This document shows positions 54,391 through 63,356 of a stretch of 64,000 bases of DNA, one piece after another. A model generated the notes under the pieces. It was given only the letters and a program-made list of their open reading frames with translations. It made no database searches and was not told the DNA's origin. The stretch comes from Chloroflexota bacterium (lineage in GTDB: Bacteria; Chloroflexota; Anaerolineae; UBA4142), in the NCBI GenBank assembly GCA_037440625.1, contig JBBITT010000005.1, forward strand, positions 41,492 through 105,491, written 5' to 3'. Within the stretch, counting starts at the first letter, position 1. Every line of letters begins with the position of its first letter. Made by a program: the position numbers and the translations under genes.

Positions 54391-55707
54391 GTGATCCAAA
54401 CGATTCAAACCTATCGTAATCTGGAACGCAAATACCCGTTTTGTCCGGGCTGTTCGCACGCGCTTGTGCTCGATCAACTCAACGCGGCGCTCGTTCGCTT
54501 GCAACTCGATCCGCGCCAAGTGGTCATTGTTACCGACATTGGTTGTGTAGGAATGAGCGATCAATATTTCGAGGTGAACGCGTTTCATGGATTACACGGT
54601 CGCGCGATTACCTACGCGACCGGCATCAAACTGGCGAATCCGAATTTGGGGGTGATCGTCTTGATGGGCGATGGTGGAGTGGGAATTGGTGGGCATCACT
54701 TGCTCAACGCCGCACGACGCAACATTGGCATCACCGTGTTGGTGATGAACAATCTCAATTTTGGAATGACCGGCGGCGAACACTCGGTAACCACACCGCA
54801 CGGTGCACTCACCTCGTCTTCGCGCTATGGCAACCTGGAACGCCCGCTCGATATTTGCGCGACGGTAGCAGTGAACGGTGCGGCGTACGTCTATCGCGGC
54901 ACGGCGTTCGATAAAGAGTTGCCGGAGCGCATCAGCGAAGCGATTCAAACGCCCGGCTTTGCCCTGCTCGATATTTGGGAATTGTGCACGGCGTACTATG
55001 TGCCCAACAATGATTTCTCGCGCAATGCGTTGATTCAAACGATGCAAGGTGCCGGGTTTGCGTCGGGCGTGTTGCAGAGGACCGATTATCCGGAATTGGC
55101 GCGCGCGTATCGAGAGTTGGCGGCGCAAGAAGCGCAAAAGCCGGTGGCTGTGCCACAACCGATCGAACAGAAATACGAGAGCGCGTTGACTCACCCAACC
55201 CGCATCATTTTGGCAGGCGCCGCCGGCGGCAAAGTCAAGTCCACCGCCAGCGCATTGGCGATCGGCGGAATGTTGAGCGGCTTGTGGGCAACGCAACGCG
55301 ATGATTATCCCACAACGGTGATGAGCGGTTATTCCGTCTCAGAAGTTATTTTGAGCCGCGAGGAAATTTTTTTCACCGGCATCGAACAGCCGGACATTCT
55401 AGCGGTGCTCACGCCGGAAGGATTATCCCAAGTGCCGCGGCAACTCCGCGCGATGAATGAATCGCAAACCGTCTACGTTGTGCCGGAGCTGGCAGATCAC
55501 ATTCAAACACGCGCGCGCAAAATCGTTTTCAATTTTCGCGCGCCGCCCAGCAAAAAATCCTTGACCGTGATGACGACCGCGGCGCTGATCCGCCATGCGA
55601 ACCTATACCCTCTTGATGCATTCCGCGAAGCGATTATAATGGGGCAACGTCCAGAGATCGCGCAAGAAAATCTTCAAGCCCTTGAGGCAAGTGCGACGAT
55701 TTTGTGA
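54391..55707 (+). CDS. 2-oxoacid:ferredoxin oxidoreductase, fused beta (TPP-binding) and gamma domains
   Basis: N-terminus CPGCSH...VTDIGC...GDGG.GIGG...NN.NFGMTGG (beta subunit). The C-terminal ~180 aa, ILAGAAGGKVKS...VILSREEI, resembles the gamma subunit. Confidence 0.8.
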   Translation: MIQTIQTYRNLERKYPFCPGCSHALVLDQLNAALVRLQLDPRQVVIVTDIGCVGMSDQYFEVNAFHGLHGRAITYATGIKLANPNLGVIVLMGDGGVGIGGHHLLNAARRNIGITVLVMNNLNFGMTGGEHSVTTPHGALTSSSRYGNLERPLDICATVAVNGAAYVYRGTAFDKELPERISEAIQTPGFALLDIWELCTAYYVPNNDFSRNALIQTMQGAGFASGVLQRTDYPELARAYRELAAQEAQKPVAVPQPIEQKYESALTHPTRIILAGAAGGKVKSTASALAIGGMLSGLWATQRDDYPTTVMSGYSVSEVILSREEIFFTGIEQPDILAVLTPEGLSQVPRQLRAMNESQTVYVVPELADHIQTRARKIVFNFRAPPSKKSLTVMTTAALIRHANLYPLDAFREAIIMGQRPEIAQENLQALEASATIL

Positions 55708-55717
55708 AGGAGGTCGA

Positions 55718-56518
55718 ATGCAACTCCGAGTGCGTGGTTTTGAAATGGCATACGAAGATACCGGCGGCAATGGAATTCCGTTGGTGCTGGTTCACGGCTT
55801 TCCGCTCGATCGAACGTTGTGGTCGGCGCAAATCAATGCGCTTTCCGAGGTAGCGCGCGTGATTGCACCGGACTTGCGCGGCTTTGGCGAATCGCAAATG
55901 CCGGGCGGTGCGGTAACGATGGAAACCTACGCTGATGATGTGCGCGCGTTGCTCGATGCGTTGGGTATCAAGAGCACGGTGATGGCCGGCTTGTCTATGG
56001 GCGGGTATATCACGTTGGCATTCTATCGCCAGTTTGCCGCGCGCGTGCGTGGATTGATTCTAGCCAATACCAAAGCCGGCGCGGATTCGGCAGAAGGCAA
56101 AAAGGCGCGTGAGGATAATGCCGCCCTCGCGCGTGAGCAAGGCGTTGCCGCCGTTGCCGAAAAAATGTTTCCCAAGATGCTCGCCCCGCAGACGCTCGCC
56201 GAGCGCCCCGTGGTGGCAGGTGCCGTGCGCGCGATGATGTCCCGGCAATCGGTTGCTGCCGTGGTTGCCGCTTTGATGGCGATGCGCGATCGGCCGGATT
56301 CAACACCGCTGCTGGGGGAAATTTCAGTGCCCACCCTGATCATCACCGGGGCAGACGATAATTTGATTCCCCCCAAAGAATCGGAATTGATGCGCGATGC
56401 GCTCCGCGTTCCCGGCGCACAATTGATTGTGATTCCCGGCGCGGCGCATCTTTCGAACATTGATCAACCCGATGCGTTCAATCAAGCGGTGCGCGAATTT
56501 TTGAAAACGATTCGATAG
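55718..56518 (+). CDS. Alpha/beta hydrolase
   Basis: LVLVHGFPLD, nucleophile elbow GLSMGG, and a C-terminal ...GAAHLSN His context. GAAGGAGG lies upstream. Confidence 0.82.
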   Translation: MQLRVRGFEMAYEDTGGNGIPLVLVHGFPLDRTLWSAQINALSEVARVIAPDLRGFGESQMPGGAVTMETYADDVRALLDALGIKSTVMAGLSMGGYITLAFYRQFAARVRGLILANTKAGADSAEGKKAREDNAALAREQGVAAVAEKMFPKMLAPQTLAERPVVAGAVRAMMSRQSVAAVVAALMAMRDRPDSTPLLGEISVPTLIITGADDNLIPPKESELMRDALRVPGAQLIVIPGAAHLSNIDQPDAFNQAVREFLKTIR

Positions 56519-56556
56519 AAAAAACAATGCCCCCGGAATTTTCCGGGGGCATTGTT
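56515..56556. terminator. 16-bp perfect hairpin terminator (strong in the minus orientation)
   Basis: AACAATGCCCCCGGAA (56523-56538) pairs with TTCCGGGGGCATTGTT (56541-56556). T6 follows on the minus strand. Confidence 0.8.
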
Positions 56557-56578
56557 CTGCTGAGAGCGCGTCCGATTC

Positions 56579-57637
56579 CTATGGACGCTGACGAAATTCG
56601 ATTTCGGCGTGCCCACCCTTGAGTTCCACATCCGCATAAATGTTCAACCCCAGCGGAATGACGCGCCAGACGCCGGTGCACGCGTGCGCAAATTCCACAT
56701 AGTATGGTCCGCGTTCCGGTTTCTGCCCCGTTACTTTGGGTTCACTGATCCAGCTCCCATCCGTTGTGGCAACGACCACGGGCCAATTTGTGCGACCTTG
56801 GATGAATGCACCCAACGAGCAAGGTCCTGTGCCGGTCGTGTTCATCAACAAGACGGCTTCCCAGGTTCCGGATAACGGGCTAGGGGCAGGTGCGGCGGAA
56901 CTACTCGATGTCGGCGGAAGTACCACGACCGGTACCGCGGTGGGCGCGGGCGTGGGGAGAATAACGATGGGTGGATTGGCGGGCGGCACATAGACCGGCG
57001 GCAATGGGTTGTAGATGGGCGGTGGGTTGACTGGCGCCACTCCACCCGGGATGAACAATCGTTGCCCCACCCACAGCAAGGAAGGATTCGCCAAGTTGTT
57101 GGCAATCTGAATCGCGTACACCGACGAACCATATCGTGCGGCGATCATCGTGAGCCATTCACCGGGGCGGACGATGTGATAGACGCCTTTGGGCGGAATC
57201 GGTGTGGTGGGCGGTGGCGGAACCGGTTGACCCGGAATGCGCAATGTTTGCCCAACGTAAATCCAATAGTTGTAGAGCCCGTTGACTTGCATCAATGCGG
57301 CAACCGTTGTCCCGTGTCGTGTTGCAATCGAAAAGAGCGTATCGCCGGCTTGGACGATGTAAGTGCCACCTGTAGCGGGCGGCGCGCTCGTGCCACCTGG
57401 GATCAACAAGCGTTGACCGATGTAAATGAAATTGGGATTATGCAGTCCATTCAATTGCATAATCGCGTTCACGGTGGTGCCGTAACGATTCGCAATCGAA
57501 AAGAGGGTATCGCCCCAACTGACGATGTGCGTGGCAGGGGTATCAGCGGCAACCGGGGCTGGGTTCAAACCCAGCGTGTTGAGGGTGAACACAAAGAGAA
57601 ACAAGGGAACAAGAGTCAAACGATTAAGGATACGCAT
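56579..57637 (-). CDS. Secreted protein with three LysM domains and a C-terminal domain of unknown function
   Basis: Three repeats of the pattern H.V..GDTLFSIA.R.GTTV.A.M..NGL.N...I.VGQ.L.IPG. Confidence 0.82.
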   Translation of the reverse strand: MRILNRLTLVPLFLFVFTLNTLGLNPAPVAADTPATHIVSWGDTLFSIANRYGTTVNAIMQLNGLHNPNFIYIGQRLLIPGGTSAPPATGGTYIVQAGDTLFSIATRHGTTVAALMQVNGLYNYWIYVGQTLRIPGQPVPPPPTTPIPPKGVYHIVRPGEWLTMIAARYGSSVYAIQIANNLANPSLLWVGQRLFIPGGVAPVNPPPIYNPLPPVYVPPANPPIVILPTPAPTAVPVVVLPPTSSSSAAPAPSPLSGTWEAVLLMNTTGTGPCSLGAFIQGRTNWPVVVATTDGSWISEPKVTGQKPERGPYYVEFAHACTGVWRVIPLGLNIYADVELKGGHAEIEFRQRP

Positions 57638-57958
57638 TTATTCCTCCTGCTTGCGGCGAGTGGATGGGCGGGGTTTTCTTCGTCGCGCTGGGCGCGTGGC
57701 TGGGGCGGTACGTCGCTTGAGTGGGGTGACGCTTTGGCGTGGTTGCTCTACCGACGGGGCTGGTGCGAGTTCGGCTTCGGTTTCGATTTCGCGCGCGCGA
57801 ATAAAATCGTCCAAGTGCGATTGCCGGATGCGATAACTATTTTCGAGTTTGACGGCTTTGAGTTTGCGCGTTTGGATGTAGCGGCGCACGGTGAACGGAC
57901 TGAGGCCCAGAATTTGGGCAACTTGATTGGTGGTCAAAAACTCACGTTTCGCCGTCAC
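57638..57958 (-). CDS. Excisionase/MerR-superfamily HTH DNA-binding protein (BldC/Xis-like) with a basic disordered tail
   Basis: FLTTNQVAQILGLSPFTVRRYIQTRKL...IRQSHLDDFI (HTH_17-type). The tail is rich in R/K/P. GTG start with GAGGT upstream. The stop abuts the LysM start. Confidence 0.7.
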   Translation of the reverse strand: MTAKREFLTTNQVAQILGLSPFTVRRYIQTRKLKAVKLENSYRIRQSHLDDFIRAREIETEAELAPAPSVEQPRQSVTPLKRRTAPATRPARRRKPRPSTRRKQEE

Positions 57959-57993
57959 GCTCTACCTCGCTTTGCCTTGCTACAGCTTGCCAC

Positions 57994-58022
57994 ATTCTAC
58001 ACCATTCCAGCCGGCTTGTCAA
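57994..58022 (-). promoter_or_regulatory. Strong sigma-70-type promoter TTGACA-17 nt-TAGAAT for the HTH-LysM unit
   Basis: On the minus strand, the -35 element is at 58022-58017 and the -10 element at 57999-57994. Confidence 0.6.
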
Positions 58023-58054
58023 TATCTTATGCAACCCAAGATACACAAGACGAT

Positions 58055-58990
58055 TTAGCCCAAAAACTGGCGCACCGTTTCATGGATTTTTTCGATTGGC
58101 TCGGTTGAGACATCAAACCAGTGAATCCGCTCATCGTTCAGGCGAAACCAGGTGTATTGATGATGCACAAATCGCCGCGTATCGCGCTTGAGGATGCGCA
58201 CCGCTTCGTCCAACGAGGTCGAGCCGTTCAGATACGCGATGATTTGGCGATAGCCCAACCCGCTCATCGCCGGCAAGTGGGGTGAATAGCCGCGCGCGAG
58301 CAGTCCGCGTACTTCGTCCACCAAACCGTTGGCGATCATTGCGTCCACCCGGGCGTTGATGCGTTCGTACAAGAGCGCGCGCGGCATCGTCAAGCCGATG
58401 CGCAAGATGCGATAGTTGGGCGCGCGGTGCGTTTGCAATTCGCTGATGGGTTGGCCGGTGCTTTCGCACACTTCGAGTGCGCGAATGACGCGGCGTTTGT
58501 TGTGGGGATCAATGCGGGCGGCAGCCAGTGGATCGAGTTGTTGCAAGCGGGCATACAACATTGCCGCGTCTTCGCGTTCGAGTTCGGCGCGGCGCGTGGG
58601 ATTGGGGGCAACGCGCGGAATCGTGAGCCCGTCCAACACGGCACGCACGTACAACCCACTCCCACCCACCAAAAACGGAACATTGCCGCGCGCATGAATC
58701 GCCTCAATCGCAGCATACGCGCGATGCTGGTAATCGGCGAGCGTGAAAGGTTCATCGGGGTTGACCAGGTCAATGAGGTGATGGGGCACAAGGCGTTGTT
58801 CCGCGGGCGTGGGTTTGGCGGTGCCAATGTCCATCCCGCGATACACTTGGCGCGAATCCGCGCTCACAATCTCGCCACGAAATTCTTGCGCGAGTTGGAG
58901 CGCCAAGTCCGATTTGCCCACGGCAGTGGGTCCGAGAATGGCGATGAGACTGGACGACTGCTCAGGGTCACCCCTACGATTCGACTGCAC
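58055..58990 (-). CDS. miaA: tRNA dimethylallyltransferase
   Basis: P-loop ILGPTAVGKSDLA, and VSADSRQVYRGMDIGTAKP. Confidence 0.92.
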   Translation of the reverse strand: MQSNRRGDPEQSSSLIAILGPTAVGKSDLALQLAQEFRGEIVSADSRQVYRGMDIGTAKPTPAEQRLVPHHLIDLVNPDEPFTLADYQHRAYAAIEAIHARGNVPFLVGGSGLYVRAVLDGLTIPRVAPNPTRRAELEREDAAMLYARLQQLDPLAAARIDPHNKRRVIRALEVCESTGQPISELQTHRAPNYRILRIGLTMPRALLYERINARVDAMIANGLVDEVRGLLARGYSPHLPAMSGLGYRQIIAYLNGSTSLDEAVRILKRDTRRFVHHQYTWFRLNDERIHWFDVSTEPIEKIHETVRQFLG

Positions 58991-59360
58991 TTTTGATCAC
59001 TTCTATCCGCGCCACGTGTCCTGCGCGGTCAAGTTCAATGGCGACCAGATCAATGCGCCACGCCGAATCGGCGTACTCGTTGTGCGCGGCAAGAAATTCT
59101 TGCGCCACTTGGATCAGGCGCGCCCGTTTGCGCGGCGTGAGCGATTCCTCCGGCGTCCCCAGCGCATTGCCACGCCGGGTCCGCACTTCGATGAATGCCA
59201 AGCCATCGCGATCCTTGCCGATCAAATCCATTTCGCCGGCGCGGGAAGGGCTGCGCCAATTGCGCGCGATGATTTGGTACCCTTGCTGCTCGAGAAATCG
59301 CGCGGCGAGGCGTTCGCCGGCATCGCCCAGGTTTTTGCGTGCGCGCGTGGGTTTCATCAT
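58974..59360 (-). CDS. YraN family (UPF0102) endonuclease-like protein
   Basis: GDAGERLAARFLEQQGYQIIARNWR...GEMDLI...FIEVRTR pattern. Confidence 0.8.
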   Translation of the reverse strand: MMKPTRARKNLGDAGERLAARFLEQQGYQIIARNWRSPSRAGEMDLIGKDRDGLAFIEVRTRRGNALGTPEESLTPRKRARLIQVAQEFLAAHNEYADSAWRIDLVAIELDRAGHVARIEVIKSAVES

Positions 59361-59430
59361 CAATGATTTTATCACAGATTGCGCGAACAAGGAAACGAAC
59401 ATTTTTGACGCCGGGATGTTTCAGGATAAA

Positions 59431-60243
59431 ATGAGAACAATGACACACCTCTTCACCGCCTACTTTAACCTTCGCCAGTACGAAGTCAATTCGCACGGCG
59501 AGTTGCCCAACAGTACGCTTCAACGTTTGTTTCAAGAGACCGCCACACTTGCCACGCGCGCGGTGGGGTACGATGTGCGTTATCACGCGGAACGCGAAAG
59601 CATTTGGGTTGTTTATCAGATGACACTGGAGCATTCGCGTCCGATTCGCTACCCCGATGCGTTGGCAATTACGACGTGGCTGTCCGATGCGCAAAAGGTG
59701 CGGACGCATCGCGAGTATCTCGCGCGCAACGCGCAGACGAATGAAATCGTTGCACGCGGCCGTGCATATTGGGTTCATGTGCACGCCAAGACGTTGCGCC
59801 CGTTGCGTGTGCCCCAAGAATTGTTCGACACGTTTCAACCAAATGGAACGAGTGCGCTGGTTCGCGTCACCCCACGCCTTTATCCCGCGCCATCATTCGA
59901 TTTCCCCGAATTTCGTGCGACGCGGCGTGTGTACCACTACGAAGCGGATGAGGTTCAACACGTTAACAATGCGGTGTACATTGATTGGCTAGAAGAAGCC
60001 TTGCACGATGCGGTCGCCATGCGTTGGAACGGCGCGCGGCGATTGTGTGTGTATCGGCATGATGTGGAGTACGTGCGGTCGGCGGTGCCGGGCGATGAGG
60101 TGATGATCCATGTTCGATGGGTTGGCGCGGGAAAAACGGCGAGTGCGTGGAATTTGGAAATCCAACGCGGCGATGAATTGCTGGTGCGCGATCACATCAC
60201 CGCGTTATGGGTGAACGAAACCGGAAAACCGGTACGCTGGTAG
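59431..60243 (+). CDS. Acyl-ACP thioesterase-like protein (double hotdog fold)
   Basis: Two hotdog halves (...YFNLRQYEVNSHGEL..., ...YHYEADEVQHVNNAVYIDWLEE...). In-frame alternative ATGs at 59416 and 59440. The track ORF 58993..60243 is over-extended. Confidence 0.7.
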   Translation: MRTMTHLFTAYFNLRQYEVNSHGELPNSTLQRLFQETATLATRAVGYDVRYHAERESIWVVYQMTLEHSRPIRYPDALAITTWLSDAQKVRTHREYLARNAQTNEIVARGRAYWVHVHAKTLRPLRVPQELFDTFQPNGTSALVRVTPRLYPAPSFDFPEFRATRRVYHYEADEVQHVNNAVYIDWLEEALHDAVAMRWNGARRLCVYRHDVEYVRSAVPGDEVMIHVRWVGAGKTASAWNLEIQRGDELLVRDHITALWVNETGKPVRW

Positions 60244-60274
60244 GGGCAATTCTCGTGATTGCCCCATTTTATTT
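60243..60274 (+). terminator. Intrinsic terminator after the thioesterase gene
   Basis: GGGGCAAT (60243-60250) pairs with ATTGCCCC (60258-60265), followed by ATTTTATTT. Confidence 0.7.
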
Positions 60275-61555
60275 ACCGGTGTAAATCACACGATAGATAC
60301 GCCCGCCTTTATCGTCCGAGATATACATTGCGCCATCGGGACCAAAGCGCACATCGGCGGGACGACCGTACGTCGCGCTATCGCCGCATTTGGCATTGGG
60401 CGCGCGCCAGCCGGTGGCAAACGTTTCGCTCCGCATCGGCAAACCGTTTTCGATGATGATGCGTTGCACCTTGCAATCGCGATAGTTGGCGACAATGTTC
60501 GTATTCCACGAGCCGTGATACGCCACAAACAGATCGTTTTGCATCGTTGCCGGAAAATTTTTCCCGCTAACGAACGACATCCCCAGCGGCGCGGCGTGCG
60601 CTAAATCAGTGAACAATGCCGGCACGGCTTGCGCGCAATCGAATCCTTGCGGCAAGGGTACGCGCGTATCACGCACTTGCATCCTTTGCGAGGGCGGCAA
60701 ATTTGCGCCGAGCGTTGGCGTGTAGCAATAGGGCCAGCCATGTGAACGACCCCGCTCGATTGGCATCACGATCACTTCGGGTGGGGTGTCATCGTTGAGA
60801 TTGTCTGACCCCATCATATTCGCCCACAACGCGCCATCTTTTGTCCACAAAAAATCTACGCTGTTGCGCAAACCGTACGCCCACACGGCTTGCTTGCGTT
60901 TATCCGGATCGGACGCAAACGGATTGTCCGCCGGAATCGAGCCATCGGGATTGAAACGCAGGATTGCCGCGCGGCGCGGATCGGATTCGAGGTTGATGTT
61001 GCCGGTCGAACCGGCACTCACGTACAGTTTGCCATCGGGACCAAAATGCAAGGTGCGCGTGAAATGTCCGCCGCAACAAGGAATGTTATCCGTAACCAGT
61101 TCACGAATTTCAAACGTGGCATTGAATCGTTCGATGCGATCACGTTCGGCGACGTACCACCAGCCATCGTGAAATTCAAGATTGTGCGGTTGTCCCAGGT
61201 TGCGCGCGACGATTTCGATTTCGTCGGCGATGCCGTCTTGGTTGCGATCCGGCAATCGCGCGATTTGTCCCGCCCCCATCACGGCAACATAGAGCGTGCC
61301 ATCGGGACCGAATGCCATCAAACGCGGTTGATTCAATTGTTGCGCAAAGATGCGAATGGCAAATCCCGGCGGCACCGTGATGCGTTGCGCTGCTTCATCA
61401 GCGGGAGGAAGCGGGAGCGAGGATGGAGTTAGAGTTAGAGTTGGAGTTGGAGATAGAGTTAGAGTGGGTGATGGAGTTGGCGAAGGGTTGGGTTGGCAGC
61501 CGGATATGAAAAGCGCGATCATTACGATGATCGCGTGGATGAATCTGTTTTGCAT
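60269..61555 (-). CDS. PQQ-dependent sugar dehydrogenase-like beta-propeller lipoprotein (sorbosone/glucose dehydrogenase family)
   Basis: Lipobox ALFISGC, a Thr/Pro/Ser linker, then ...PGFAIRIFAQQLNQPRLMAFGPDGTLYVA... and repeated propeller blades. Confidence 0.75.
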   Translation of the reverse strand: MQNRFIHAIIVMIALFISGCQPNPSPTPSPTLTLSPTPTLTLTPSSLPLPPADEAAQRITVPPGFAIRIFAQQLNQPRLMAFGPDGTLYVAVMGAGQIARLPDRNQDGIADEIEIVARNLGQPHNLEFHDGWWYVAERDRIERFNATFEIRELVTDNIPCCGGHFTRTLHFGPDGKLYVSAGSTGNINLESDPRRAAILRFNPDGSIPADNPFASDPDKRKQAVWAYGLRNSVDFLWTKDGALWANMMGSDNLNDDTPPEVIVMPIERGRSHGWPYCYTPTLGANLPPSQRMQVRDTRVPLPQGFDCAQAVPALFTDLAHAAPLGMSFVSGKNFPATMQNDLFVAYHGSWNTNIVANYRDCKVQRIIIENGLPMRSETFATGWRAPNAKCGDSATYGRPADVRFGPDGAMYISDDKGGRIYRVIYTGK

Positions 61556-61591
61556 CGGATATTCCTTGTTGGGCAGGGACAAGCCTTGCCC

Positions 61592-62803
61592 CTATATTTT
61601 TGTTGTGGCTTCAAACTCGCCGTCGCTGACGCGGACGCGGATTTCTTTGCCCCCGGCAACCTGGGATTTCTTCTTCACGATGCGCCCGGTTTGTTTTTCT
61701 TGCACGATGGCGTACCCGCGCGCGAGTGTGGCTGTCGGGTTCAGCGCGGCAAGATGACGCAGTGCGCCGTTCAACGATTCTCGATTCAACGCGACGAGTT
61801 GGCGAACGCGCATGGTTAATTGGTGCGTGAGTTCGTCCACCCGTTGACGATTATTTTTGATGTGCGTTTGCGGCGAGTTGCGTTCCAACGCGTACACCTG
61901 ACGGGATAGGTTCACGCGCGCCTCGCCAATCTTGTCGCGGATCAATTGCGTGAGTTGGCGCGCGCCGGCGCGAAGGTTGGCACGCAATTCGCGTGCGTCC
62001 GGCACGGCGAGTTCGGCGGCGGCGCTGGGGGTGGGGGCGCGGACGTCTGCCACGAAATCAGCAATCGTGAAATCGGTTTCGTGTCCGACTGCGCTGATCA
62101 CGGGTACACGCGAAGCGTAAATCGCGCGGGCAACGATTTCTTCGTTGAACGCCCACAAATCTTCGATTGAGCCGCCACCGCGTGCGACGATCAGCACATC
62201 AATATCGAAATCGTTGATGGTTTGGATCGCGCTGGCGATCATTGAGGCGGCGTTTGCACCCTGCACAAGTGTGGGCGCGAGTAAAACTTTAACAATTGGA
62301 TAACGCCGGCGCAGGATGTTGCAAATGTCGTGAAAGACCGCGCCTTCGCGTGAGGTTACAACGCCGATGGTTTGCGGAAAAGGGGGCAAAGCGCGTTTGT
62401 GTTCCGGCGCAAATAGCCCTTCGGCTTCGAGGCGAGTGCGTAATCGTTCAAATTCTTGCCACAACGCGCCCGCGCCAGCCAGTTTGATTTCGTCCACGTA
62501 CAACTGCACATCGCCGCGCGGCTCGTACAGCGACACTTTGCCGTGCACCTCGATGGCGTCGCCGTTGCTGGGCAATCGAAAAATGCGCGCGGCATCACTG
62601 CGCCACATCACGCAACGAATCGAAGCGTCGCGGTCTTTGAGTGTAAAGTACACGTGTCCCGCAGACGATTGCGTCAAGTTAGAGACTTCGCCGCGCACCC
62701 AAACATCGCTCAAGATCACATCCGCTTCGAGGATGTCTTTGATTTGGCGGACCAGTTGGGCGACGGTGAGGGTCGGAGCGAGATCAAAAAGGGGTTGTTG
62801 CAT
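61592..62803 (-). CDS. xseA: Exodeoxyribonuclease VII large subunit
   Basis: N-terminal OB fold ...VWVRGEVSNL...SGHVYFTLKD, and a catalytic core ...RGGGSIEDLWAFNEE... No xseB is visible in the window. Confidence 0.9.
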   Translation of the reverse strand: MQQPLFDLAPTLTVAQLVRQIKDILEADVILSDVWVRGEVSNLTQSSAGHVYFTLKDRDASIRCVMWRSDAARIFRLPSNGDAIEVHGKVSLYEPRGDVQLYVDEIKLAGAGALWQEFERLRTRLEAEGLFAPEHKRALPPFPQTIGVVTSREGAVFHDICNILRRRYPIVKVLLAPTLVQGANAASMIASAIQTINDFDIDVLIVARGGGSIEDLWAFNEEIVARAIYASRVPVISAVGHETDFTIADFVADVRAPTPSAAAELAVPDARELRANLRAGARQLTQLIRDKIGEARVNLSRQVYALERNSPQTHIKNNRQRVDELTHQLTMRVRQLVALNRESLNGALRHLAALNPTATLARGYAIVQEKQTGRIVKKKSQVAGGKEIRVRVSDGEFEATTKI

Positions 62804-62811
62804 CGGAGAGA

Positions 62812-63021
62812 TTAGGCAAGTTGTCGAATTTGCAAAGGAATGGTCAGGGCGTGGCGTTCATGGCGACTCACATTCATGATCGCATAACCGAGCAATTTGC
62901 CATGTTCGTCCACTCGTTCATAAATGTCTTTAGAAATCTCCTTGAGATAACCCTTTGCCTGTCGAAAAGTAATCTCGAGGAAATCGCCTTCCTTGTCGTA
63001 CCAAATACTCATCGAGTCCAT
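62812..63021 (-). CDS. DUF2283-like small protein (putative antitoxin)
   Basis: MDSMSIWYDKEGDFLEITF...YERVDEHGKLLGYAIMN pattern. 69 aa from the ATG at 63021. The 165-aa track ORF upstream part is Cys-rich and looks non-coding. Confidence 0.65.
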   Translation of the reverse strand: MDSMSIWYDKEGDFLEITFRQAKGYLKEISKDIYERVDEHGKLLGYAIMNVSRHERHALTIPLQIRQLA

Positions 63022-63233
63022 ATCCGTGATCCTTTCTTTTCCTTGTCCGTGAAAAAAGCGGTGACGATAAACGCATCTTGATCTGTTAATTTCACCATCA
63101 CGACCAAGTATTTCCGGGTGACCGGAGTTGCAGGGTACAACTTGTGATACAACAACACCGTCGCATCGTGATGACTGGTAATGATCGAGTCGGGTGCAGA
63201 GAGTGTTTCTGCAATCCGTGCATCCTGTCCCAA
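63009..63233 (-). CDS. Small toxin-like ORF (DUF4258-like?), possibly N-terminally truncated
   Basis: ...PDSIITSHHDATVLLYHKLY...KYLVVMVKLTDQDAFIVTAFFTDKEKKG pattern. The only start is TTG, with TAA two codons upstream. Overlaps the DUF2283 gene by 13 nt. Confidence 0.4.
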   Translation of the reverse strand: MGQDARIAETLSAPDSIITSHHDATVLLYHKLYPATPVTRKYLVVMVKLTDQDAFIVTAFFTDKEKKGSRIWTR

Positions 63234-63356
63234 AGGTCTTTAAGATTTGCATATATGCCAAAATCTTTTGGCGACTTAGTATACCACAAAAATCGAACTG
63301 CTGGAACAAAAAGACGGAGCGACAGTCGTTCGTCTTCCGTCTTCGATCACTGGTCG

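Noticed and set aside
57062-58108. 348-aa plus-strand ORF
   Set aside because: Antisense to the LysM and HTH genes, both of which have clear domain signatures.
61390-61490. Hexamer-periodic repeat (GTTAGA/GTTGGA...) that looked like a short repeat array. Similar stretches occur at about 17640-17810, 24240-24290 and 29690-29760.
   Set aside because: These are in-frame codons for Thr/Pro/Ser/Leu-rich linkers of real proteins (TLTLSPTPTLTLTPS and similar). They are not a CRISPR array or a non-coding repeat.
63022-63309. N-terminal extension of the DUF2283 gene to a 165-aa ORF
   Set aside because: The upstream part is Cys-rich and non-protein-like, while a different frame there carries the toxin-like domain. 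An internal ATG at 63021 gives the family-typical 69 aa.
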